DNA of 63,902 nt, the filler included, from Welwitschia mirabilis (taxonomy: Eukaryota): the NCBI GenBank assembly GCA_051453625.1. It is 7 parts of one record of this genome, joined end to end, with 100 filler letters (N's around TTAATTAATTAA, not from the genome) between each part and the next. Parts side by side here need not be neighbours in the genome. Positions count along the whole stretch, not along the records: positions 1 to 13,323 come from JBOZIK010000001.1; 6 more parts are not named here. One strand, 5' to 3'. Within the stretch, counting starts at the first letter, position 1; each line of letters begins with the position of its first letter. The position numbers and the translations under genes are program-made. This document shows, in pieces, positions 1-13,423 of the stretch. The notes under the pieces were generated by a model. It saw only the letters and a list, made by a program, of their open reading frames with translations. It did no database searches and was not told the origin of the DNA.

Positions 1-1264
1 GGTATTTATAAGTGGTAAGATTGGATTTACCCAATCTTGAGACATTCCCATATCTATGGACTGTATTCATAGGAAGATACCTTATTTCTTGTGTTGTTTT
101 TTTTAATGGTGGCTAAATATTAAGTTATTAAGAAGTTTTATTTTATATCTTTTATTTTACTTATTCATTTTAGTCTTCTTAAGTGTGTGATCCTATGAGA
201 ATTATCCTTTTTATTTAAAAAAAAAAGAAACAAAAAAGAAAGAAAAGAAAAGAAAAAGAAGGAGAAGTAAAAAGCATGATGTCCTACTGNNNNNNNNNNN
301 NNNNNNNNNNNNNNNNNNNNNNNNNNNNNNNNNNNNNNNNNNNNNNNNNNNNNNNNNNNNNNNNNNNNNNNNNNNNNNNNNNNNNNNNNNNNNNNNNNNN
401 NNNNNNNNNNNNNNNNNNNNNNNNNNNNNNNNNNNNNNNNNNNNNNNNNNNNNNNCCACTTAATCATTTCACTTTTGAAGATTTTAACGAGTTTGTAAGT
501 AGAAATAGATCAGTTCATTTCTTAGTATCTTTTGATTTGATCTTCATTGTTCTACACACTTGAAACATTGGATATCATCATAACCACTGCCCTTTCGAAT
601 GAACTTTATCAAGTACATACATTTTGTTATGCATCTTTACTTGGGTAATGTTATAATGTTTTCCTTTAGAGTTTGCTACATTAGTACTTAGACTAGGTAA
701 ACATTCTTCTTGTTGTTCTTTGTGTCTATTTCTCCTCTGCTTTTCTTTTGTTTTTATGTCTACTATTTTCTAGTCATTTTCCCATTTTTTTGTTTCCTAG
801 TTTAGTAGTTAACATTTTAAGTAGGGGGCAGGATACACATATAATTTCAGTATTACATATCTCTGATATAATTTTTTTAATTATGAGTACATGATTGCAT
901 ATTTCTAAAATAGAATTCTTTGATTTTTGATGATCATTTTTTTATTTGAGAAATTATCATGGATAAGATCTAATATCAATACAAAATCTGATTTCTGTTA
1001 TAGGTTTCAGACTCTGAAAAACTTTTAAGAAGAGTGTTATCACCACTATTGTCTAGACGACACACCAGATAACATACAAACTTCTGATACTCTACAGGTA
1101 TTTTACTTAGTTTTTAAATATTTAGTAATTCAGTTTATTACTGCTATCTTTTTGTTAGATACTTTCCTTTACATATNNNNNNNNNNNNNNNNNNNNNNNN
1201 NNNNNNNNNNNNNNNNNNNNNNNNNNNNNNNNNNNAGGGACTGACAAGGCTAAGTGGGAAGTTA

Positions 1265-2945
1265 TGTTGCGATACCAAGTTAGATGTATTTGATAGGGTA
1301 TTTTGAGTTGTTTTATAGATAAACTAATAGATAATTGCCTAGTCCCTATGACAATCGAGAATCTAGGAACACAAGATGAAAACATGTAGTTTATCAGATA
1401 ATTCATAGGTATTTCATATAAATATGAATAAATTGTATTTCTAGATAATTATTCCTACAAATAACAAGTTATTAGACTAACAAATGATGAAGAAAAATCT
1501 GTCATCCTCTCTAACATCCACATGACATGTAGGACGACAACCTCAACTGAGCATATGGCAATTTCCTTTCCAGATAACTTGTAATTAAACTAAAGATCTT
1601 CTTATCAAACCTCATTGTCCACTTAATTATCCAGATGACATTAGTGAATAACATTTCCAAAAACAGTCGATGATAGTTTGCATGCAGTTTATAGACAGCT
1701 AAACTAGAAGCTAAGCAAATAACTCATTTTTAATTCCTGTCATTTTCTCCATCGTTTGGATGACCAGAAGGATGAAAATGTTCTCTATTACTTTTATAGA
1801 ATGTATTCCCGAGTTGTCTCCTGTTTATTGTGACTTTCTTATGCATGTTAGTTAGAGTTTCTTTTATGCTTTTCTGTCAGTTCTCTTTCCCTTTCTATCT
1901 ATAAATAAAGGTCTCTCCCTCGATCTCTAATCATCTTTGACAGTACCTGATATTTTCATGACAGGAGATTTTGGGACCGGAGATCCATCTTGTAATCCAG
2001 AGAGACATTACCTTGGTGTTGGATGGTATATCCTCCATTGAGGAATGAGTACTTTGTGATACAGATGATTTTTCTATTTTAATATGAGTTATCCCTTTTG
2101 TTAATAATTGCAGGAACTTATCCCTCATAGTTTATATTGTTCTAGATTCATGACAGGTTTCTTTAATTATTTAGATTATGAGGGCAGCCTTTGTTAAGGT
2201 TGAGCTTAATTAGTTTAGGTGCATCATTGTTTATTTTCTTAGATTAGTTTTACATTGTTATTTCAATTTCTATGCATTTTAATTTATTTCAGTAGAATAT
2301 AGTTACACATTTCTTTCTAGAAATTAACTCTTTATTATCCATACTATTGGCCTTNNNNNNNNNNNNNNNNNNNNNNNNNNNNNNNNNNNNNNNNNNNNNN
2401 NNNNNNNNNNNNNNNNNNNNNNNNNNNNNNNNNNNNNNNNNNNNNNNNNNNNNNNNNNNNNNNNNNNNNNNNNNNNNNNNNNNNNNNNNNNNNNNNNNNN
2501 NNNNNNNNNNNNNNNNNNNNNNNNNNNNNNNNNNNNNNNNNNNNNNNNNNNNNNNNNNNNNNNNNNNNNNNNNNNNNNNNNNNNNNNNNNNNNNNNNNNN
2601 NNNNNNNNNNNNNNNNNNNNNNNNNNNNNNNNNNNNNNNNNNNNNNNNNNNNNNNNNNNNNNNNNNNNNNNNNNNNNNNNNNNNNNNNNNNNNNNNNNNN
2701 NNNNNNNNNNNNNNNNNNNNNNNNNNNNNNNNNNNNNNNNNNNNNNNNNNNNNNNNNNNNNNNNNNNNNNNNNNNNNNNNNNNNNNNNNNNNNNNNNNNN
2801 NNNNNNNNNNNNNNNNNNNNNNNNNNNNNNNNNNNNNNNNNNNNNNNNNNNNNNNNNNCTATACTAGCATGCTATATTTGTGCATTTTATTTTAATTAAC
2901 AGGATTTAAATCAAGACGTTATACATTGCATAAAGTTGCACCGCA
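1265..2945 (+). repeat. 3' LTR of an Athila-type Gypsy element (bases 1-1264 are its 3' noncoding region and PPT)
   Basis: Starts TGTTGCG right after purine tract AAGGCTAAGTGGGAAG and ends CACCGCA. Similar termini recur at 12397, 19663, 20412, 27443-28488, 37682 and 61647. Contains an N gap. Confidence 0.8.
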
Positions 2946-5010
2946 AAACAAGCCTCTTCAATTTGTATTAACAAATCTTTAATGATGCTTAATAATTTCC
3001 TAATTGAAGTGTCTACTAATTTTAATACAATTGGAGTAGGCTCTATTCTATCCTTTAAATTAAGTCTTTTATAAATTTGAAGTGGCATAATGTTAACACT
3101 CACTCCTATGTTAATTAAGGCTTTTCTAATCTTTTTATTTCCATTTAAAGTAACATTCACCATTGCTTCTCCTGGATCTTTAAATTTGGGTGATTTTTAT
3201 AACACTAAATTTATAAGGGATTGTGCTAGGAAGGCTTCACTAGGAATAACTTATTTTTGTTTTCTTATTATTAAGTCTTTCTCTAATTTTAAGTACCTTG
3301 GATTTTATTGTAAAATTTTCCAAAAGGGTAATTTTATGCTCACATTTCTAATTAAGTCCTTAAGATGTTTGTTGAAAGTTGAATTGTTGCTAAGTCTATT
3401 AAGCCAAGGAGTAGTTTATTAAGAAGGATTTCTATTTTTTTTTTTTTTTTAATACCAAGAAAAGGGAAGTTATAATCTTTTAATATTTCAATGTCCCCTT
3501 CCTCTTCTTCCTTATCAATTCTAAGATCATTTTGGGAAGTTAAAGTTTCACATGGAGGAGGGTTTATTTCTTATTCACTTCTTGTTAGAACTTACAATAT
3601 TTTCTCATGTCATTGGGATTTAGTAAAGGTTGTGTAGCTAATTTTCTTTGAGGTTTTTAGTTTTTCAACATTATTTGTTAAAGGATGTTTACTAAGTTTT
3701 CTATGTTGGTATTTTATTTTCTAATCTCATCCATAAGTTTTACAAATTAATCATTTAAATGTTAAAAGTTTATTGGTCCTGGTTAAGAGTTAAAGTTTTT
3801 AAATCTATTTCTAAAAGGTTGAGAGTTATTTTGAAAATGAATGTTCAACCTAGGTTTGCCTAATTTTGATTTTTGAAGTTTTAATATGTTTAATTGAAAG
3901 CACAACTTTTTTTACATATTCTTTTTTTGTATATTGGTAAAAGAGGATAGTTTTTACCAATTTGATAATTATCCTTACATAAGTTACAAGTTGGCATAAC
4001 ATTTCTCTCAATTGCAGATTTATCATCTAAAATCATTTATGCATATTTCTCCAAAGTTTTTCTACCTCATTTTGTTTTACTTCATTTAAAAATTTAATGA
4101 GTTGGGCTACTGTTTTATTTTCTTTAGATGCTGACCAAGTTTGGCTAATTTTCATAAGTTCTTTTAATTTTTTCTAGGCATCATCTAGTGTAAGGTTTAT
4201 AAGGTTTTCATAATAAGAGAAATCTACAAGTTGTTTTGTATGTGGATTTAGTTCACTATAAAAGTAGATTACTAGTTCTATTTATGTGAAGTTATTTACT
4301 AGATTAGAGTGGACAACAATGAAGAAACATTCATGTGTTGAAGCATATATTCATTGGGTTTTTGTTGAGAATTTATTACCTACTGTTTCCTTTATTTTAT
4401 AGTTTCTTCACTTATGAATATTTTAATGGAGTTTTCCTAAACTTGTTTCCAAGTTTTTAAGATTTTGTAGGGTATGGATTTTAGCCAATTTTTTGCTCTA
4501 CCCTTTCATGTCATGAGAAAATTTATCATATATGTTCTATTAGTTCTTTTTTTCTTCCCATTTCCTAAGGTAAGGATTAATTATTCTATATCTACTATGT
4601 ATCAAAGGGGATCCTCATCATCTTTTCCACTAAAAGTTAGGTAAGCATTTAAATTTTTAAGTTCAACATCATCTCTTGAGGGTAGATCAAAAGGGGTTTA
4701 AATCTCTCATTTCTTGTTAGCTAATAATTCCCTTAGGGTAAGGTTTAAATTAAAATTAGAGATATAATATTTTATAACTTGTTTTTACTTATGGGTAACA
4801 TTCAACATTGTAGATTAGATCCCTCCTTCTATAGTATTTTCATTTAGAAAATCTGATTTAGAAAAAAGTAAAATGGATAGGAGGGTTAAGTGCACTTGGA
4901 GATTACTTTTTTAATTTGTTTTTTATATTCACAAGTTCTTCTTTAATGTTATTCTCTATTAGTAGCCTTTCTCTCTAATATCTCTTCTCAAGATTTACCC
5001 TATTATAACA
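2946..5010 (-). pseudogene. Decayed Athila-type gag and aspartic protease, interrupted at 2945 by the + strand LTR
   Basis: Minus strand reads TFSGKDDEDPL and KGRAKNWLKSIPYKILKTWKQV (retrotransposon gag) and KALINIGVSVNIMPL (protease ALxDxGASVNxMP). Many stops. Confidence 0.8.
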
Positions 5011-5473
5011 TCCTATAAATAAAAAACTAACAGAAAATAGATAAACAATATCACTATTATCCTAACTGTCATGGAAATGATAGAAGGAATAACATACAGA
5101 GAAAATAAAAAATAGAAGTAGAATTAGAAATTAAAAATAGAAATTAAAAAACTTAGAAAATAGGACTATTATTCAATTGTTCACCCATACCGCAAAGGAG
5201 ATGATAGAAAACTAATTTTAGTATAGAATAATTAAAATCTAAAAATAAAAGTAAAAACTAAAATTACACCTGTCGTTCTATTTATTATATGGATAAGAGA
5301 GGGGATGACCACTATTTTTCTACAAAAAATTGAATTTCAAAGACTAAAATGGAATATCTGCAAATAGAAACTCTATAGTTTCTAGTGAAAAACATCACTA
5401 TAGGTAAATAACCAAATAAAAATTTGATAAACTTACCCAAATGAAAAGAACCCTCATATCCCTTAGTATCTTT

Positions 5474-6476
5474 CCTTGGCAATGATGCCAATTTGTTGTA
5501 ATATGTATTTATGTAAGGTTTTATATTTAAAAAGATTTATCATTCATAAAATAAGATAAATTTCTCACACAATACAACAAACTAAAGTGAGTAGAAGTTA
5601 ACCCAAAATATCATATTCTCATTAAAAATTATGAGACAAGACTTAGATTACTTTTTACAAAGTAAATGGAAACTAGAAATAAAGAACAATGTAGAAAAAT
5701 AAATATGCAATGAAAATGAAAATGTAGTTTAATATAAATGCAAATGCAAATAATTCTAAGATACTTCCTTTCAGCCTTAACAAAGGCTGCCCTTAATGAT
5801 ATATATCATCTAAAAAATTGTCATTAGATCAAGGGTAATCATAAATCATAAGGGTCATCAGATAATATAATATGCAATAAAGAAAACAAATAAGTTTTAT
5901 ATTAAGAAGACTAATAAGCATCTAGATTACAAAATAGCCAGGCTTCAACAAAGGATGCACAGCCCTGTATCAAAGAAATATCTTTATACCACACTGGAGA
6001 TGGATCTCATGCCCTTTGATCTCCTATCACAAGAATTTATGGTGAAATAAAGATAAGATGGATATTCAAAGAGGGACTTATTTATAACCATCCATAGCAT
6101 AAAATGATAGAAGAATTGCTCCAAAAATTAACTCTATTATAAATAAGAAATAGACAAAATGGTTAAGTATTAGTAACTAGAGTTAGTTACATATCAGTCT
6201 CATCATGACTATCATTCAAACAACATGGGGAAGGACAACTCATTATAAAAGATGAATTAGAATAGTGACTCAGCAAGGATTCATCCATTTACATTAGTGA
6301 CTAATAGTGTCATTATCCTATCTATCATGAGGATGATAAATGGAACAATAGTTTTCTTTAATGATTTTGAAAAGAAAAAACTAGAATTTTTGTCAATAAT
6401 TATTTTCCAAGGTTGTGTGTATCAAAATGTATCTTAGTTACATTAAATCTATGTAATAATTACACATTTTTGAGAT
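5474..6476 (-). mobile_element. PBS (5474-5490) and 5' LTR (from 5494) of the minus-strand Athila element
   Basis: Reverse complement TGGCATCATTGCCAAGG resembles the Athila tRNA-Asp PBS TGGCGCCGTTGCCGGGG and lies 3 nt from an LTR end ...ACAACA. LTR body resembles 1950-2300 and 27443-28488. Confidence 0.7.
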
Positions 6477-7170
6477 NNNNNNNNNNNNNNNNNNNNNNNN
6501 NNNNNNNNNNNNNNNNNNNNNNNNNNNNNNNNNNNNNNNNNNNNNNNNNNNNNNNNNNNNNNNNNNNNNNNNNNNNATATTACTAAATGAGGTAGTAGAT
6601 GAAATTAAAAAATATTATGATGAAATATGTATTGAAAAACAAATTATTTCTCATATCATTTCCATAAGATCATCATTTGAAATTCTTAATTCTTTTCTTG
6701 TTAATATTGAAACTTAAGATCTTTAAATCTTAGTCTTGCCTTATCATGCATCATACTAGGGATGGTGAAGGTTATAGTTTTCACATCATGCTATTTGTAT
6801 TTAATACGTAATTAAGAAAAGTACAAAAAAAGGATAATTTATCTTGCCAAGAAGGGCATTTTGGAAATGTTGATTTTCCAGCTTGCACTTAAGAAAGTGT
6901 TATAACTTAATACTTTGTTCATTATTGTATCGTATAATATATTGCATCTTGTGATTTACCTTTGATATATGATGTCAATATAATACTTGAATTATCTTAA
7001 ACATAAAGAGGTATTTGTTTTCTCTCATTTTTAATCATTGTATGAGTTATTTACCTCCTTTATTTACAAACGTTACTTAAGAATGTATTTTTGGAATGCA
7101 TATAGAATTGATGTCTTAAATATTTAACATAATTATTTGTAAAAGTGAGCTTTTAGATGTGGAATTTTTT

Positions 7171-7196
7171 AGATATTACATTTTGTTATCAGAGCC
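7171..7196 (+). mobile_element. LTR 3' end and tRNA-iMet PBS relic
   Basis: ...GATATTACA followed by TGTTATCAGAGCC, one mismatch to TGGTATCAGAGCC. Confidence 0.45.
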
Positions 7197-7999
7197 CTAG
7201 ATTAATGATTCTTCTAAGCATAATCATTATGAATAACCTAGGTTATGATTTCACTAGGAATAATGCATATTAAGTTATTATACATTAGAGCCTAGATTGC
7301 AATTTGATTGGATAAAAGTGTTGTTTCACATGAGATTTAAAACTCTTAAATAAATAAAAATAATTAAAATATCTTAACCCTAGATCTATGAAATTAGAGT
7401 AAGGAACATAGGGATGACCCTCATTTCTGTACCTTTCCAATCTTCAAATGCTACTCTTTCATACTATTGATGTACAATGAATAACATAATCCTAAAAATG
7501 AGCACATGACATGATCAGAAGTATTCTATATCAAAATCTCTCTACAAATTTTACAAGCTAAAATTAATATGTTCAACATAATGTCTTTTACATTATAACT
7601 TAGTTAAGAGTCTTCTATTTATTTAAGAATATTCCTAAGAAAATTTTTCACACACTACACGAAGAAATGACAAGATGTAAAATAAGTAAAGCCTACAAAA
7701 ATTTAATATTGCATATGGTACATCAATTTCGAAACATGTACTTCACATTCTGAATGCTAAAAGAATTAAAACCCTATAAAATTTAATATTACATGTGGAA
7801 CATTAATATAGAATCTAACTAATCAATTATTATTAAGTAGCAAATATTTCAACATGCACCATTAGATTTTCTACAAGGATGAAACTATTGAATTATTATT
7901 TGCCAATTAATGTTAATGTTTTCAATGTAGTAAAATTTTTTGTAACATTTATAAAAAACATTAATTACTAATAGGTTAGAAGCTAAATTAACATTTGTT

Positions 8000-9560
8000 A
8001 CATTTTAATCCTAAAACCTATTAAGTTTTTTTATTCTCTTTAGGGGTCGACCATACTTCTAGGAGTTGACTGCACTTGAAGAAAACACTCAAAAATGAAT
8101 TGAATTTAGAGGTGTTAACTAGGCATTTAAGGTGTTAAACAGATCTATAAATCTAAGAACTAGTACTGCTGAATTAATTATTAAGGAATTGACCAAATAT
8201 CTAAGGGGTCGACTAGACTTGATCATTATGCATCTAGTACTTTTAAACTGATCATCAAGGAATTAACCAGACATCTAAGGTGTCAACTGGACCTAACCAA
8301 TGTGCACCCAGTACTTTCTAGATAATCATTAAGGGATCAATTAAATACTTAAGAGGTTAATCAGATCTAAGAACTAAGCATCAATACTTCATAGCTAATC
8401 ATCATGAGATCAATTAAATTCCTGAAGAGTTAATTGGATCTACAGCAGAAAAACTATCATGTATTTTATCAAGACCAAGCAGGTAACTAGATAGATATGT
8501 GAGCAATCAAATGAGTAGTTGACTAGACCCTAATAGATAAATTGTACATGAAGCCATAAGAAATTAGATCAACTCAAAATAATATAAGGGTGACTTATTT
8601 AAGTAATGGCAATAGGAGGAGTCAATTGAATGTTTAAGGAGTCGACTAGCTATGATGGAAACATAAATTTTATAACCATTATGTAGCTAATTTATGGCTG
8701 TTAGAAGAGAATTTTCACTTGTAAACATTCTAAAAGGATTTCACTATATATAGCTAAGAATTAAATCACTATTACACCTTTTATCAAATTTTTGAATCTT
8801 GTGGATTTATTATTGTACTTATTTGTAAACAAAAAACTGTGATATATTTACATATAAGGTCAAATCTATAGTACTCTTTATCTTTAGATTGTATTATCTT
8901 TAGGAAAAGTGCTTCAATACTTTCATTAAGTCAAAGATTAAGTGATACCTATGCATCTGGACATACTATCATCACTACTATGCTTTCTTGCAAAAGGCTG
9001 AGACTAAGCCTTCAAAAAAAGTTTGTTTGTAGAGGTTACAGGTGAAACTACAATACCTAGAAGAGATTAACAAAGATTTAAATTAGGATTAGTAAGAAGC
9101 TAATTTTTGAGAGTGGAGTAGGGGGTTTTCCTGAATCACTATAAATCTTGTGTACTTCTAATTAGTACTTTTATACTTTCTATTATTTTCATTTTATAGA
9201 ATATTTTCAGTTTTCATGCACAAGTTTTAAATGATTCATTTTCAAAAAAGTATTTTTATTTTAAAGATTATTTAATAAATTTATAGAATCCTATTCATCC
9301 ACCTCTAGGTTTTTCGATCCTATATTTGGTATTAGAGCTACATTAAGTCCATGTTAAGATTTTAATAAATCTAAACTTTGGAGCCCAAAGTGAGTAACCT
9401 TACTAATGCTTTTTCCACTTGTCATTCACCTATTTCAAGGGATCAAATTATTCTTATTAGAAGGCCTAAATGATAATATTCCTTAGATCCCTACATGTGG
9501 ACATTGAAAAGGTTATTTATAAAGGATATACTATTTCTATTTTAGCCAAAACTGATGCCA
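8000..9560 (+). mobile_element. Sirevirus-like Copia LTR, PBS (9327-9338) and start of gag
   Basis: Repeated GTCGAC/GTTGAC-centred motifs. LTR end CTATTCATCCACCTCTAG...CCTATA, then TGGTATTAGAGC, then FKGSNYSY*KA*MIIFLRSL (FDGxNYxYWKxRMxxFL). Left edge approximate. Confidence 0.7.
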
Positions 9561-9837
9561 ATGATAATATCATTTTAGTGTTAGATTATGTTTTTCCAAT
9601 TAATGTTTAAATAATGTTTTCTATATAGCAAATTTGGTGTATCTTATGCAAAAGATGTTAATCACTTGTAGGTATAAAGATAAATCTCAAACCATCAAAT
9701 TCTAATCACTAGAAACCTATTAAGTTCATTTACCCTCTGACTGCACCTAAAGTATACACTCATAAAATTAATTAAATTCAGAGGGATTAACCACATTTTT
9801 GATGAGGTTGACCAAACCTATAACCTCAAGAGATAGT

Positions 9838-11430
9838 TGACAGGATCAAGAATCCTAGGGGGGTGAATAGGTTCTTTTAAAAACTTATGCTCAAAACAAA
9901 ATTAAAACTATCTAATCACAGTTTACATATGAAAATAGTGGAATCAAGAAAGTGCATATAAAAAAGAAAAACAGTAAGTAAAGAATAAAAAAACAAAAAA
10001 AACACAAACTACCAATTTTATGCATGTCAGATTTATAGTGGTTTAGAAACTTTCCTACTCCACTCTGGATGATTAGCTTTTTCTAAGCTTGATCTCAAGT
10101 CTTTGTTACTCCATAGGTTTTGACAGGTTTACCTATAATCTTTACAAGTAGACTTTTATAGGCTAAGTCTCAACCTCAACAATAGAATTTTGTAGGCTAA
10201 GTCTCAAGCTCTGGAAATAATGAATGTATTGTGATAATGCCTTGATTGCTCAGATATCACACATTTTATAGTAGTATAATAAATGGAGTTCTTCTCTAAT
10301 AGATCATAATGATGATGCTCTTAGATCTGATTCTGAGTAAAGCTCTTTTGCTAAAGATAGATCTCCTTAATCAGATGTAAAGTAATATCATGATATGCTA
10401 ATGAAAATACAACTTGATCTTTTAGATCTACAATGATCATGTCAAATAGAAATAGTGCCAAAAAATTCTCTAGATCATTTATTACCTAGTTATTTATAAT
10501 GGAAAACTATTATGATTTATTACAAATGAATTATGCCTCCAACGGCTATAAATCGCTAGAAAACGACTAGGCAATGACTAGGAAATGAATATATAACTTT
10601 TAAATAAATTTCTTTTCTATGTCATCCAGTTGACCCCATAAAAATCTGGTCGACCTCATATGGTGCTGTGAATTACACAGGTCATCCAATAGAAGACTTC
10701 ATTTGCCCTAGGTTTTTACATCTCCAAGTCTGATTAACCTCATTTAGACCTGATTAACCCCAGTCCAGTTGACTCCATCCTGGGTCTGGTTGACTCTTTA
10801 TCTCTTAGTCTGAATCTAATATCTGTTAGGTCCTTAAATTTGGTCGACCCCATAAAAATCTAGTCAATCCCATGCCATTCAGTCCAAGGACACTAATTCT
10901 TTAGGTTATATGTTCGATCAATCTCATAAGAATCCAGTTGATTCCTCTGGGTTCAGTTCATTTCCTTGTGACTATTTTAGGTGTGGTTGATCCCTTTAGA
11001 ATCCGATCGACCCCTACTAGAGGTTAACATAACTTAGTAGTTTTTCCAGTACATTTTAGTCCAATTATTTCACCTATTAAGCTTAATCTCATCTGCACAC
11101 AAGATATAACATTTTTTGCACTACATAAGAGAAATTAATTTGATATCAATTAACAAATATAATCTAATAATCTCTCCCTTAACATTGATGGTAAAAAATT
11201 AATTTATTTCACAAAATATACATATTTAAGCTCTCTTACCAAAAATTTTGAGGCACATTATAATTAAAAACTCCTCCTTTTATTAATCCATATAAACATA
11301 TTAAGTAAACGGTAAAATTCCTCCTTTGATAAAATAATTTAAAAACACTATATTTTCTTTCCCTTTGACATCAATGGCAAAGAAAATATAATTTGAAATA
11401 TGTGTCTAGAAATGTGAAATTTTCTTCCCC
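9838..11430 (-). mobile_element. Sirevirus-like 3' LTR (9838-11169) with multiple upstream polypurine tracts
   Basis: Minus strand ends ATTCACCCCCCTAGG...CCTGTCA. PPT AAGGGAGAGA abuts the LTR start, with further purine tracts near 11275, 11320, 11360 and 11425. GTCGAC-type repeats at 10630-11010. Confidence 0.75.
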
Positions 11431-11999
11431 TATCCTAATATCATATGTAAAAAAAATAATCCAAATATTGATACAAGTTAAGGTATTTGAATAAACAAAA
11501 TTTTATGGTTTTAAATGTTATAAATTTTACTATGCATAATTCAAGAAAACATAATCATACCAAATGATAATCCAAATGTGATCAAGAATATTGATTTAAG
11601 TAGATTACATAGAAATCTATTTTGAAATGATAAAAATAATTTCAAGTTATCCAAAAGAGCACATATACTTAACTAAGATATGCCGGATAATACAAAACTT
11701 GTGCTAGAAAATATGATTGATTCGCATTATAATTAAAGTGAATATGTCAATAAGATAATGAGTTTTAAATGTATAATGTCTTTTAAAAAAATTAATATAA
11801 TAGAGTAAAACCTTAGAAAATTCAAGAGTGAGGATTCACAGAGAATATCAAAAAATAAATAACTCTCTTTTGTTCTACTACTGAAGCGGCTACAGAACTT
11901 TTTAAGGGACTAGGTGATAGGTATAAAATTAATCAATTGACCTATTCCGATTGACCAAATATGATTTAGTTGAGTGCCTTGCACTTAATGATAGGATGG

Positions 12000-13320
12000 T
12001 GAGAGAAACCCCAATTCATGTATGAGACAAATAAAGTATTAAAATTAAGGGGTTTAGTAAAAATATCTACTAATTATTGATCTGTAGAAATAAAATTCAT
12101 AGATATATGATCTTTTTCAACTTGATCATAAAGAAAATGATGTCTAAGTTCAATATGCTNNNNNNNNNNNNNNNNNNNNNNNNNNNNNNNNNNNNNNNNN
12201 NNNNNNNNNNNNNNNNNNNNNNNNNNNNNNNNNNNNNNNNNNNNNNNNNNNNNNNNNNNATTGTCCATACCATTGGCCTTCGACGGAATTACGACATTCG
12301 GATCACTCCGTCTATACTAGTGTGTTGTATTTTGCAACTTATTGATAATTAACAGGATTGAATTTGAACGTGAACTATTGCATAAATACACACCGCAACA
12401 TTGGACAAAAAGGCTATCCAAGTATATCTAGAGTAGTCATCAACCATTATAAGAAAATAATATTTTCCATCTATACTATGAGTTTGAGTAGGTCCAACTA
12501 AATTCATATGGATAAGTTCTAATAGCATTGAAGTGGAAACATGAGTTTTACTCTCATGATACGTTCTAATTTGTTTTCCCTTTTGACATGCATTACACAA
12601 CCCTTGTTTTTCTATATTTATCTTAGGAATTCTACTAATAATATTTTTACAAATAATCATTTTTAATTAATCATAGTTAACATGTCCTAAACATTTATGC
12701 CACAAATCATCTTAAGGAACATTTGAGAAATAGCAAGGAGAAATTGATTAATCTATGCTATAGACATTATCTATTTTGCTAGCTCTAAGAATTACATCAT
12801 TCAAATTTTCATGCATAATTTTACATTTCAATTTATCAAAAACTACTTTGTGTCCTTTGTTACAAATTTAACTAATGCTCAATAAATTGTACTTTAAACA
12901 ACTTACATATAAAACTTCATTAATTCTAGGAAGATTACCTCCATCAGTGCTTCTAATGCCTTCTATTTTTGCTCTTCTGTTATCTTCAAAGGTTACTTCT
13001 TGTTCATCAAAGTGGCTTAGATATTTAAATCTAGATTTATCTCCTATCATATGTCTTGAACATCCACTATCAAGATACCAGCTTGTGCTATTTAAGACTT
13101 TGAAATATGTCTGAATCAATAAACTTTTAAGACCATTAGCTTTCATTTACATAGTCTTTTTAGACTTAAGTGGTACATTCTTCTTAGGAATAAATTTAAA
13201 TGGAAAAAAATTAACAAAATTTGAAAATAACATTAATTTTCTAGCATTACACATAAGTTTTGAATAACCTATTTTTCCATAGAAATGACATGTAAGCTTT
13301 GAAAGAAAATTACCATAATT
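12000..13320 (-). pseudogene. Copia (Sirevirus-like) polyprotein relic: zinc knuckle, protease, GAG-pre-integrase, integrase N-terminus, RNase H end; Athila LTR end inserted at 12260-12397
   Basis: WYLDSGCSRHMIGDK; CNACQKGKQ; LELIHMNLVGP...VDDYSRYTW; HIELRHHFLYDQVEK...DIFTKPL. Confidence 0.88.
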
Positions 13321-13323
13321 GGT

Positions 13324-13423
13324 NNNNNNNNNNNNNNNNNNNNNNNNNNNNNNNNNNNNNNNNNNNNTTAATTAATTAANNNNNNNNNNNNNNNNNNNNN
13401 NNNNNNNNNNNNNNNNNNNNNNN
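13324..13423. other. Artificial 100-bp scaffold linker N44-TTAATTAATTAA-N44 (cores also at 18957, 24491, 41095, 57744, 61500)
   Basis: Identical six-frame-stop 12-mer centred in fixed-length N runs. Confidence 0.95.
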